From NCBI GenBank assembly GCA_965660855.1, contig CBFIBM010000005.1:1466-65465 (forward strand): a DNA stretch of 64,000 bases, given 5' to 3'. This document shows positions 10,270 to 19,387 of this stretch, piece after piece. Origin of the DNA: an uncultured bacterium. GTDB taxonomy: Bacteria; Fidelibacterota; Marinisomatia; Marinisomatales; UBA1611. Under the pieces are notes generated by a model that was given only the letters and a program-made list of their open reading frames with translations, did no database searches and was not told the DNA's origin. Position 1 is the stretch's first letter; every line of letters begins with the position of its first letter. A program made the position numbers and the translations under genes.

Positions 10270-10988
10270 CTAATTCCATATATAAACTTTACTGAAAAGA
10301 TAGGAAGATCATCAATTTTCATTTCTGGTCCATTTACTTTTTGACGTTGAACTCTCCAGCTTTTTTTATTGTAAAAATTATTCATAAATCCACCCTTTAT
10401 ATCAACTGCCATCCTTGAAGAAATATAATATCTAAATCCTAGCATACTTGAATATCCAAACCAATCATTTAACATTACATCCGTTGCACCCATGTCATTC
10501 AACTGTGTACTGTCACCTCCAAAACTAGTTATTATATAGTCCCAATCTTCTTCTTTATCCCCGGGGGTTGTGTCTATTTCAATTCTTCCTCTCCCCCAGA
10601 TTGGTGATAATGTGAAATTTAATTCAATTTTAGGACGCCATCTGAAATACGTTTCTACAGGAAACATTCTATACTTAATAGATCTTGAATAAGCTGCTTC
10701 AGAATTAACAAGTAATACATTTTTACCTATTTCAAAAGATGTAAATGAATTATATCCAATTCGAGCATTGTTAAAAAATTCATAATAGATTCCCCAGTTA
10801 AGCATAAGGTTTCTATTAATTATTGTTTTTGTTGGAAACTGAACAGATTCATTCTCATCAAATCCAGTTAATAAGGGTTCATAAAACCCCATTCCAAAAT
10901 CAACACTTAGCTTTGGCTGTGCATTTAATAAAGGACTAAATAATAGTAAATATAAAATGAATACTTGAATTTGACTCTTAATAATCAC
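10266..10988 (-). CDS. Putative small outer-membrane beta-barrel protein
   Basis: Signal peptide, alternating aromatic/Gly strands (GFRYYISSRMAVDIKGGF) and terminal FSVKFIYGIR. Confidence 0.55.
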   Translation of the reverse strand: MIIKSQIQVFILYLLLFSPLLNAQPKLSVDFGMGFYEPLLTGFDENESVQFPTKTIINRNLMLNWGIYYEFFNNARIGYNSFTSFEIGKNVLLVNSEAAYSRSIKYRMFPVETYFRWRPKIELNFTLSPIWGRGRIEIDTTPGDKEEDWDYIITSFGGDSTQLNDMGATDVMLNDWFGYSSMLGFRYYISSRMAVDIKGGFMNNFYNKKSWRVQRQKVNGPEMKIDDLPIFSVKFIYGIR

Positions 10989-11005
10989 GTGGTAATTTAA
11001 GACGT

Positions 11006-11821
11006 ATGAAACTAAACTGGTGCATAATCCTTCTATCTTTTTCTTTTCTACACAGTAGTAACAGAGATCAAGATGTAAACCATATGTTTGTCAATTATAA
11101 TGGCTTAACAAATGAATGCTTTATTGATTCTATTGATAAAGAATATTTGTTTTATATTGCTAAAGATTCAGTCGACACAGATTCAATATCTTTAAATGAT
11201 GTTTACTATGCTTATAATGATTTTCAAAGAATATTTTTTTTTAGTTGGAGCTTTGAAGAAAATTTAAGAAGAATACAAAATACAACTGGAATTGTATATT
11301 TAGTAAATGGTGATTCAATAAATTACATTGATATAAAGTTTAACAAAGATATGATTAATCCTGAAGTTTTTATAAAAACTGGCATTAAATCATCAAAATA
11401 TATTTCTTTGTTTTCAATAGAAAAAATTAAAACTGACTTCTCAGTACTTAATTATTCTGTAAAAAGAGGATTCTATTATTCATACTACCCATTTTTAATA
11501 TTAACTACATTAGATTTATTTGTAAACTGGGATTCAAAAAGAAGAATTACTCCTCAAATTTGGGATAACTATAATGATTTATTTCCAAGTATCGCTACAA
11601 TTGGGCTGCAAAAAACTGGTGTAAGTTATGAATCATTTACAGCGCTAATACCTGCTTCTGTTCTTTTATCAATGATTTATGATTATATAAAAGATAAAAA
11701 TATTTTTTATTTCACTCCCAAATACACTCAAAAGAAGTTTAAAAGAAATATGAAAATATTTTCATTCAAACAAATATTGGATAATAAACTAAAAAAATTA
11801 ATATTTAGGTTTAGAAAATAA
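11006..11821 (+). CDS. Hypothetical exported/membrane protein
   Basis: 271-aa ORF with a signal-like N-terminus and hydrophobic segments near the C-terminus. Confidence 0.6.
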   Translation: MKLNWCIILLSFSFLHSSNRDQDVNHMFVNYNGLTNECFIDSIDKEYLFYIAKDSVDTDSISLNDVYYAYNDFQRIFFFSWSFEENLRRIQNTTGIVYLVNGDSINYIDIKFNKDMINPEVFIKTGIKSSKYISLFSIEKIKTDFSVLNYSVKRGFYYSYYPFLILTTLDLFVNWDSKRRITPQIWDNYNDLFPSIATIGLQKTGVSYESFTALIPASVLLSMIYDYIKDKNIFYFTPKYTQKKFKRNMKIFSFKQILDNKLKKLIFRFRK

Positions 11822-11878
11822 TAGTAATGATCTGACGATCAATCTAAAAAAAATTTAAAATTTTCGTATATTTCAATT

Positions 11879-13771
11879 ATGTTTAAGCCCAAGAATATTT
11901 TTTTAATTGTATTTACGATTATTATTTTATCAATTTTTTCTTGTACGGAAGACCCTTATGAAATTCCTGAACCTGATACTACACCACCTCAAGCTCTTGT
12001 GATTTTTCCCATTGATGGTGAACCTGTATCAGGAATTGTTACCGTTCAAGCACGCGCAAATGATAATGAAGGTATTGAAGAAGTTTTATTTTACATAAAT
12101 CAAGAATACGTTGGGAAAGATACTACAACCAAAAATGATATTGCAACTTTTGATTGGGATACCAACCTATATGAGCAAAACAATGAAGGTGAAAATCCTA
12201 CAAGAAAATATGCAGATGATAATTTTCATTTTATTTCAGTTATAGCACGTGACATTAGTGATAATGAATATTCTTCAGTCCCAATTCGTAGTTTTGTAGA
12301 TAATATAGACAGCGAACCTCCAAGTGCTTTTTTTCTTACGCCTTTCTCTGGGCAGTATCTAACTGGTATAGCTAGTATTACTGTAGTCGCTACTGATAAT
12401 GTTGGAATACAATATGTAAGCTTTTTTGTCAATAATGTTCTCCAAGGTTATATTCTTCCTGAAGAAAATTCATCATCTTTTGAATATTCATGGAATACCA
12501 CTCTTGTCCAAAGCGGAGATTATTATTCAATTTATGCAAATGTGCGAGACAATAATAATAATAATACAATCATTCCTCCAATCAGTGTGTATGTAGATAA
12601 TGGAACTCAAATAGACATAACACCTCCCAACGGAGCGATAGTTAGTCCTCCAGCAGGGATAAGTGTTAGTGGGGATGTTCAAATTATTATAAGTGCTACG
12701 GATAATAGAGCTATGGGAGAGGTTTTTTTATCTATTAATAATGAACTTATAGATATCATAGAAAACGAACCCTATTCATATATATGGAATACAAATAATG
12801 AAGAAGAGGATTCAGATCATATAATAAGTGTTATCCTAAGTGATCTGGCAGGTAATGAAACGCCTCTTAACCCAATATCAGTTACGGTAGATAATAATCC
12901 AAGTAGTGATATTAGTCCCCCAGATATTATTATTATGGAGCCAGTAGCTGGTCAAAATGTATCTGGGATTGTACCCATTAAAGTTAGCGCTGAAGACGAT
13001 TCAGGAATTAGTCATATAGAATACTTCATAAATGGAATTCTTGTTCATACAGATACTCTTTCACCATTTAGCTATGATTGGATTACAAATGATTACACCG
13101 ATGATCAAGAGCATATCATATATGTTATTGCTTATGATATTGAAGGTAATTTCTCCCATCATCAACCAATTGCGGTATTCGTTGATAACAATGATGATAT
13201 ACAACCATATGGTCAAATTCAGAATCCTATACCAGGGCAAATTGTAAATGGTGTAATTACAATACAAATGTCTGCTGAAGATAATGTAGCAATTAACAAT
13301 ATTGAATTATCCATTAATGGTAATATTGTGGATAGTTTATTTTCAAGTCCATTTTCCTATTTATGGAATACTGAGCTAGAGAATGAAGACGAGTATAGCG
13401 TTATAAGTGCAATAATAAGAGATAATTCTGAAAACCAATTTTCTGTTCCACCAATAAGTGTATTTGTGAATAATGAAATTGATGATCTTAGTCCACCAAC
13501 AGGTTCTATTTCAAATCCAGTTTCAGGTCAAATTGTTAATGGCGTTGTTAGCTTTACAATTCTAGCACAAGATGATGTTAGTATAGATGAAGTTTTATTT
13601 TTTATCGATGGTATTCAAGTCTACAGCGATAATTCCGAACCTTATATTTATCAATGGGATACAACTATTCTATCAGATAGTTCACAACATACTCTATCTG
13701 CAACGGTTAAAGACAATGCTAGTAATAGTATTTTATTGCAACCAATTATAGTTACAGTAGAAAACGAATGA
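11879..13771 (+). CDS. Lipoprotein with six bacterial Ig-like (Big_7-type) repeats
   Basis: Lipobox IFSC. Six ~95-aa units of the form DxxPP..P..G....G...I...A.DN.....V.F.ING........P..Y.W.T. Confidence 0.85.
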   Translation: MFKPKNIFLIVFTIIILSIFSCTEDPYEIPEPDTTPPQALVIFPIDGEPVSGIVTVQARANDNEGIEEVLFYINQEYVGKDTTTKNDIATFDWDTNLYEQNNEGENPTRKYADDNFHFISVIARDISDNEYSSVPIRSFVDNIDSEPPSAFFLTPFSGQYLTGIASITVVATDNVGIQYVSFFVNNVLQGYILPEENSSSFEYSWNTTLVQSGDYYSIYANVRDNNNNNTIIPPISVYVDNGTQIDITPPNGAIVSPPAGISVSGDVQIIISATDNRAMGEVFLSINNELIDIIENEPYSYIWNTNNEEEDSDHIISVILSDLAGNETPLNPISVTVDNNPSSDISPPDIIIMEPVAGQNVSGIVPIKVSAEDDSGISHIEYFINGILVHTDTLSPFSYDWITNDYTDDQEHIIYVIAYDIEGNFSHHQPIAVFVDNNDDIQPYGQIQNPIPGQIVNGVITIQMSAEDNVAINNIELSINGNIVDSLFSSPFSYLWNTELENEDEYSVISAIIRDNSENQFSVPPISVFVNNEIDDLSPPTGSISNPVSGQIVNGVVSFTILAQDDVSIDEVLFFIDGIQVYSDNSEPYIYQWDTTILSDSSQHTLSATVKDNASNSILLQPIIVTVENE

Positions 13772-16332
13772 TGAAAAAAATTATTTTTATATACTTTTTC
13801 TTTTTTATTAATTGCGAAGGTCCAATTTTTGATGTTCCAAATGATAAGGATACAATACCACCAACATTAACAATCACTTACCCAGCTGATAAGTCAATAG
13901 TATCAGACACCGTGTTAATTACTGCATATGCTTTTGATAATGTTGAATTGGACACAGTGCAAATATTTTTAAATGATTCCGTTATCCACTCTAGTAAAGA
14001 GCCTCCTTTTTCATATCAATGGATTACAAATGATTATCAAGAAGACGTATCTCATACAATCCGTGCAAAAGCCATTGACTTGCAAGGGAATATCAACTTT
14101 ACAAACACCATTAGTGTTACTGTAGATAACGTAGATAATTCTCCTCCTACTGGTGCTATTATTTTCCCATTTACTGGACAAACTTTAAATGGTGAAGTTA
14201 CAATCGTGATTGAAGCCTCGGATAATGAGGAGGTTGCATCATTGATACTTTATATAGACGGAAATGTTGTACAAACTTTTACAGATCAACCTTACAGATT
14301 TACATGGAATACTACTGGCTTAGTTGATGATATTGTTTACACAATTCATGCACATGTCATTGATAATAATTCCAACCAAATTACTTTGGGTCCGATTAAT
14401 GTTCTAATTGATAATGAAGAACCCACAGATAATATTCCCCCTACTGGTACTATCACAAATCCTGCATCAGCAGCATCTGTTTCAGGTAATGTAAATATTG
14501 ATATCAATGCATTTGATAATACCGCAGTCAAATATGTAGATATAATTATTGATGGATCATTAGTCGATACTGATTCTATTCCTCCATATAGCTATAATTG
14601 GAATACTTTAAATGAGATTGAAGACGTTCACCATGTTATAAATGTAAACATAACTGATTTATCAGGTAATACAACCACACTTTTCCCAGTAAGTGTTTTT
14701 GTAAATAATTCCATTGATCCTGATAATACTCCACCAACAATCATTATTACTGAACCAGCTGCTAATCAAACTGTAAATGGTACAGTTAATATAAAAACAC
14801 TCGTTTTTGATAATATTGGTATTAGCCGAGTTGAATTTTACCAAAATTATGATATAGTACATACTGCCTCATCAAACCCGTATGAATATAGTTGGAATAC
14901 CTCTGTTCATAGTGATGAAAGCCAACATATATGGTATGTCAAAGCTTTTGATACAAGTGAAAATTCTTCACAATCTCAACCACTTGCAGTTACTATAGAT
15001 AATATAGATAATATTCCACCCTCAGGATATATATCCTTTCCATATGCAGGTCAAAGTGTAAGTGGAGAGATAGAAATACAATTATCTACAAATGATAATA
15101 TAGCTGTAACAGAAGCTAAATTTTTTATAAATGGTAATTTAGTTTTTACAGATAACATTGAACCATTTTCGTATTCATGGAATACCTTATTGGAAGAAGA
15201 AAATAGTGAAACTGTTATTTTTTCATCTATATCTGATAACGCAAATAATATTGTCGATTTAAATCCTATTGTTGTTTTTGTTGACAATGATGATATTATT
15301 GAAGATGATAATATTTATCCATTTGCCAGTATAATATCTCCAATATCAAGCCAAATAGTATCAGATACAGTACTTATTTCTGGATTTGCAACAGATAATG
15401 TTGGAATTGAAGAGATAAAATACTTTATAAATGGTAATTTATTTGAAACCTTAATTGATACACCTTACGCAACTAAGTGGAATACTTATTCATACCCAAA
15501 TAATTCTAATCATACTATAACAATGATTGCAAATGACCCTGCAGGAAATGAGTACATCTCCCAACCGGTATATGTTATTGTTCAGAATGAATATGAATCC
15601 ATAGTATCTGACATATATCTTGAAAGTAGCATTGATACCTTTAAATTAAATTGGGATGCTCCTTTCGGTGCTGAAAGATACAAAATATATCGCGATGGAA
15701 CTTTTATAGAGGAAGTGACCGAACAGTTTTTAGTCCACTCAACACCTGGCGGTGTTGAACATTGCTTCGAAATATCTGCAGTTAATTCTGTTAATATTGA
15801 AGGTGAAAAATCTGAACAGATTTGTGGTGTTGCAATACTTAATTCTCCCTCATCTTTTAATGTCAATTTAAATTATGAAGATATAGAATTAAACTGGTCT
15901 TCAGTTACTAACGCATCAGGATATCAATTAAGAAGAAATGATTTAATTATTTGGACTGGTAATAACTTAAACTATACTGATAATAATATAAATTTTGATA
16001 CTATATATAGCTACACTATCAATGCATTTGATTTTCAAGATACAGCTGGTGCTTTATCAAATATAATTTCAGTTTTAACAGTACCTGAAATATTACCTCC
16101 AATATTAGCATCGTCAATTACTGGAACATCTGCTACATTAAACTGGACATCAATTGAAACTGCTCAGACTTACAGAATTTATAAAGATGATTCTTTCTTA
16201 ACTGAAACTGATGCTTTGACATATGAAATTGATATATTACCTGGTATCCAATCATGCTTTAAAATTACATCCATAAATACATTAGGAGCTGAGAGTATTT
16301 TTTCAAATGAAGAATGCCAAACAGGATCTTAA
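13768..16332 (+). CDS. Lipoprotein with six Ig-like repeats and three C-terminal FN3-like domains
   Basis: Lipobox FINC and six DxxPP units as in the upstream gene, then three LNW....A..Y.IYR/K units. ATGA overlap with the upstream gene. Confidence 0.85.
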   Translation: MMKKIIFIYFFFFINCEGPIFDVPNDKDTIPPTLTITYPADKSIVSDTVLITAYAFDNVELDTVQIFLNDSVIHSSKEPPFSYQWITNDYQEDVSHTIRAKAIDLQGNINFTNTISVTVDNVDNSPPTGAIIFPFTGQTLNGEVTIVIEASDNEEVASLILYIDGNVVQTFTDQPYRFTWNTTGLVDDIVYTIHAHVIDNNSNQITLGPINVLIDNEEPTDNIPPTGTITNPASAASVSGNVNIDINAFDNTAVKYVDIIIDGSLVDTDSIPPYSYNWNTLNEIEDVHHVINVNITDLSGNTTTLFPVSVFVNNSIDPDNTPPTIIITEPAANQTVNGTVNIKTLVFDNIGISRVEFYQNYDIVHTASSNPYEYSWNTSVHSDESQHIWYVKAFDTSENSSQSQPLAVTIDNIDNIPPSGYISFPYAGQSVSGEIEIQLSTNDNIAVTEAKFFINGNLVFTDNIEPFSYSWNTLLEEENSETVIFSSISDNANNIVDLNPIVVFVDNDDIIEDDNIYPFASIISPISSQIVSDTVLISGFATDNVGIEEIKYFINGNLFETLIDTPYATKWNTYSYPNNSNHTITMIANDPAGNEYISQPVYVIVQNEYESIVSDIYLESSIDTFKLNWDAPFGAERYKIYRDGTFIEEVTEQFLVHSTPGGVEHCFEISAVNSVNIEGEKSEQICGVAILNSPSSFNVNLNYEDIELNWSSVTNASGYQLRRNDLIIWTGNNLNYTDNNINFDTIYSYTINAFDFQDTAGALSNIISVLTVPEILPPILASSITGTSATLNWTSIETAQTYRIYKDDSFLTETDALTYEIDILPGIQSCFKITSINTLGAESIFSNEECQTGS

Positions 16333-17078
16333 GGAAATAAATCAACTCCATCACAACCTTTTAAAGAATGATATAAATCAATATCATCAAACTGTTCTGA
16401 ATTAAATATTATTTTCCCTTCCTCAGGATTTTCTAAGTTAATAAAATAATATTCAGGTGCAATAGTATTTGAAAAAACAATAGTATCATAATTTGAACTA
16501 TCTGAAGACATTTCTAAAGTCATTATAGTTAAATACATCCAACCATTCGAACTCCAAGTTAATGTATCAATTTGAATAGAGGGAAAGTCCATCAGCTTTA
16601 GAGTATCATTCAAAAATCCGCCGTAATAATCTAATTGCAATGTCTCTTGGGTTTGATTTGTTTTTGGATCTAAACATAATTTTATAGAGTCATAATCAGA
16701 TAAAGCCCAGTAACCACCAGGTTTAAAGCAATTTATGTATATAGAATCAGAGAATTCTCCAATATTTGTTGAATGATCTTTCGCTCTAATTTTATATCCA
16801 AAATTTTCCATCCAAATAATTGATGTATCTTCATAAAATGTATTTGATACAGGTACTAAATCAAGTGAGTCAAAAGTGAATCCATTATCGGAAGATTTAA
16901 AAATATGATATTCTTTTATATCGTTATTTAATGGTGAATTCCATAAAATACGTATTCGAGGATTGGACTCTGACATAGTGAAGTACCCTCGGATATTTGT
17001 AGGTTCATCGGGTGCCTCTTCATCTAGATCACAACTTATAAAAAAGATGCAAACTATAAATGATATAAGTTTTCTCAT
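16329..17078 (-). CDS. Lipoprotein with N-terminal FN3-like domain
   Basis: Likely start is ATG 17078 (MRKLISFIVCIFFISCD). Motifs ILWNSP..DIKEYHIFKS and YKIRAKD...G.FS. The longer ORF-track start overlaps tRNA-Gly. Confidence 0.75.
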   Translation of the reverse strand: MRKLISFIVCIFFISCDLDEEAPDEPTNIRGYFTMSESNPRIRILWNSPLNNDIKEYHIFKSSDNGFTFDSLDLVPVSNTFYEDTSIIWMENFGYKIRAKDHSTNIGEFSDSIYINCFKPGGYWALSDYDSIKLCLDPKTNQTQETLQLDYYGGFLNDTLKLMDFPSIQIDTLTWSSNGWMYLTIMTLEMSSDSSNYDTIVFSNTIAPEYYFINLENPEEGKIIFNSEQFDDIDLYHSLKGCDGVDLFP

Positions 17079-17103
17079 TAAGAACTTTACTAAATTTAGA
17101 TGG

Positions 17104-17134
17104 AAAAAAAAAAGCCTCATATTTGAGGCTTTTT
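17104..17134 (-). terminator. Intrinsic terminator after tRNA-Gly
   Basis: AAAGCCTC-ATATTT-GAGGCTTT hairpin followed by a long T run on the minus strand. Confidence 0.75.
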
Positions 17135-17135
17135 G

Positions 17136-17208
17136 AGCGAGAGACGAGATTCGAACTCGCGACCCCCACCTTGGCAAGGTGATGCTCTACCAGCTGAGCT
17201 ACTCTCGC
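17136..17208 (-). tRNA. tRNA-Gly(GCC)
   Basis: GCGAGAGTAGCTCAGCTGGTAGAGCATCACCTT-GCC-AAGGTG...GAGTTCGAATCTCGTCTCTCGCT. CCA not encoded. Confidence 0.96.
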
Positions 17209-17251
17209 AATTGAGTTAATAAGTTGTTTAAAATTTATGACCTCATCACAA

Positions 17252-17698
17252 TTAAGACAATGTTGTTTTTGGGTAAAATTCAAAAATTCTTTTTTTGTTG
17301 ATAAATATAGTATAAGAAAATATAAGTAATGTGAAATTTTCTATTAATTTTTGAACACCGACCATTTCTCCTTCCTTTAAACCACAGCCACACTCTATAT
17401 TAAATCCTCTAATCATCGCTTGAAAAACTAAAAAATTAAACATGATTAAAAGCACTCCAGTGGTTAGAACTGAACCATCTATCATGATCCCTAATATTAA
17501 GCTGGTTCCAATAAAAAGTTCTATCCACGGCAATATGATAGCTACAAAATTTTCAAGACCAAAAGGAATAAAATGATAGTTTGAAATATCCCTTGCAAAT
17601 TGCTGAGGATTTAATAATTTATCATAACTAGCAACTATAAATACTAACCCTAATACTATACGCATGAAGAGAATTATATATGGATGTACCTTATTCAT
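17252..17698 (-). CDS. MauE/DoxX family redox-associated membrane protein
   Basis: RIVLGLVFIVASYDK, PQQF...I.NY, LPWIELFIG and the RGFNIECGCG motif. ATG 17698 overlaps the rhodanese stop. Confidence 0.85.
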   Translation of the reverse strand: MNKVHPYIILFMRIVLGLVFIVASYDKLLNPQQFARDISNYHFIPFGLENFVAIILPWIELFIGTSLILGIMIDGSVLTTGVLLIMFNFLVFQAMIRGFNIECGCGLKEGEMVGVQKLIENFTLLIFSYTIFINKKRIFEFYPKTTLS

Positions 17699-18173
17699 AT
17701 TTTTGAATTTCATAACCTGAATCCGTCCATGATTTCCAACCTCCGCTAAAAACAAGAATATTTGTGAAACCTAAATCTTGGAGTTCAAATGCTAAATCCT
17801 CACTAGAACCACAATCATCATCACTACAATAGACAACAAAAGCAGAATCAAGACCTATAACACTGTCAATTTTAGAGCTTAATATCTCAATATCGTCATT
17901 AAAAATAGCTCCAGGAATTATTCCATCAGAAAGATATTCTTCTGCTCGCGCATCCACAAATAGAGTTTTTTTTGAGTACAAATCTAGAGCTAGTTTAATA
18001 TCAATTTTACGAATATTTGCTAATTGATTAATAGACTTTAAATAATCTGAGGAAGTTATTTCCTCAATCGATTTCGCAACAAGCGGTAAACTATTCTGAT
18101 TTATAAAATTTACTCCTAGTCCTAAAAATGAAGGTACGATAATAAGGTAAATAAATTGAAGCCTAAAATTCAT
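17691..18173 (-). CDS. Membrane-anchored rhodanese-like protein
   Basis: N-terminal TM helix. Motifs FVDARAEEY...IIPGA, VVYCSDDDCGSS and LGFTNILVFSGGWKSW. Confidence 0.88.
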   Translation of the reverse strand: MNFRLQFIYLIIVPSFLGLGVNFINQNSLPLVAKSIEEITSSDYLKSINQLANIRKIDIKLALDLYSKKTLFVDARAEEYLSDGIIPGAIFNDDIEILSSKIDSVIGLDSAFVVYCSDDDCGSSEDLAFELQDLGFTNILVFSGGWKSWTDSGYEIQKYE

Positions 18174-18190
18174 TTAGAATTGCTTTTCAA

Positions 18191-19384
18191 TTAGTGATTA
18201 TGCCCGTCATGACTAGAATGATCGAGTGGTGATTTTTTTGCTTTACTATTTTTTTTATTTTTACTCTTGGGGTTTAAAATATCGCAAGTAGAAACTGCTG
18301 AATTAACAAACTTAAGCATAGCCGGATCTTCTCCTATTTTTTGATTTAATGCTATAGTTTTATACCTTAGTTTATTAACTGCTTTTTCTATTAATTCTTT
18401 TGAGACAATTTCATCTTCTTTATATCCATCAATCAACTTTAAAACATTTGATTGGTCAGCATATATTTGTTCAAGAGTCTTATTGGGATTCTTTTTCTGT
18501 AAACGCTCAAATCTTTTCTTTATCTGATTTATTTTTTTCTCTTCTGCTGTAATATCTACAAAGTTTTCATTCTTGTCTTTAATTGTTAAATCTGCAGTGA
18601 TTAAGTACTTACCCTGCTTACCACAAGAATAAACTAATGGCCCATCTGATGCTTGAGAGTTGCTGGAGCGAGTCATATTTGTACTTCCACTGGCAATAAT
18701 AAAGTCTGCGTTAGGAAAGTTTTCATTTAAGCTTGATTGTTCACTCCTAGTACAATTAGCAAGGAGAACAGTAACATCAACATCTTTAGATAAAGTATTT
18801 ATAAAATTATTACCAGCATCAATATAATTATCGGCTATCATAGTTGTGGATGTGTCAGGTAAATTACTTGTGACTCCAATAACCCCAATTTTCAAACCAT
18901 CCCTTTTAAAAATTTTATAAGGTTGAAATAATAAATCTTTTGATTTTGCATTTCTTAAATTTGCAGAGATAAATGGTATTTCTGTATTTTGAGTTATATC
19001 TTCTAAAAAATTTAATCCATTCAACACTTCATAATGTCCAACATTGATAATATTACAACCAATTTTTTCATATCCATTGATAATGGATTTTGCTCTATGA
19101 ATTTCAGATTTTAAATTTTTATCATTTAATTTTGAGGTACTAAAAAAGATATCACCTGCATCCAAAATTAAAGGATCAATTCCACTCGCTTTCATTTCAT
19201 TAATTTTTACAAGTCTTCTTGACAGACCGCCAAGAGGATTTTTCTTTCAACCACAAGGATCTAATTGACCATGCACACTACCTGATAGAATCATTGTAAA
19301 AGACCCTGCCGATGTTTCAGAGCAAGACCAAAATATTAAACAACATAGAATATAAATTACTGTGCCTTGTATTTTCCGTTTCAT
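18191..19384 (-). CDS. UshA-like (5'-nucleotidase N-domain fold) selenoprotein, lipoprotein; Sec at codon 46 (C-G-U motif)
   Basis: ATG 19384 is in frame with the 334-aa ORF: MKRKIQGTVIYILCCLIFWSC...SGSVHGQLDPCG-TGA(19247-19249)-KKNPLGGLSRR...DAGD. It is the only in-frame stop, and a SECIS-like hairpin follows. Total 397 aa. Confidence 0.9.
19217..19235 (-). promoter_or_regulatory. Bacterial SECIS element of the UshA-like gene
   Basis: UCUUGGC-GGUCU-GUCAAGA, a 7-bp stem starting 11 nt after the UGA. The apical GGUCU resembles the E. coli fdhF SECIS loop and spacing. Confidence 0.85.
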
Positions 19385-19387
19385 TTT

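Noticed and set aside
11879..16332. CRISPR array or DNA-level tandem repeat
   Set aside because: The periodicity is at protein-domain level with diverged nucleotides. No identical short repeats with spacers were seen.
17029..17283. 84-aa ORF and the extended start (17177) of the FN3 lipoprotein
   Set aside because: Both run through tRNA-Gly and its terminator.
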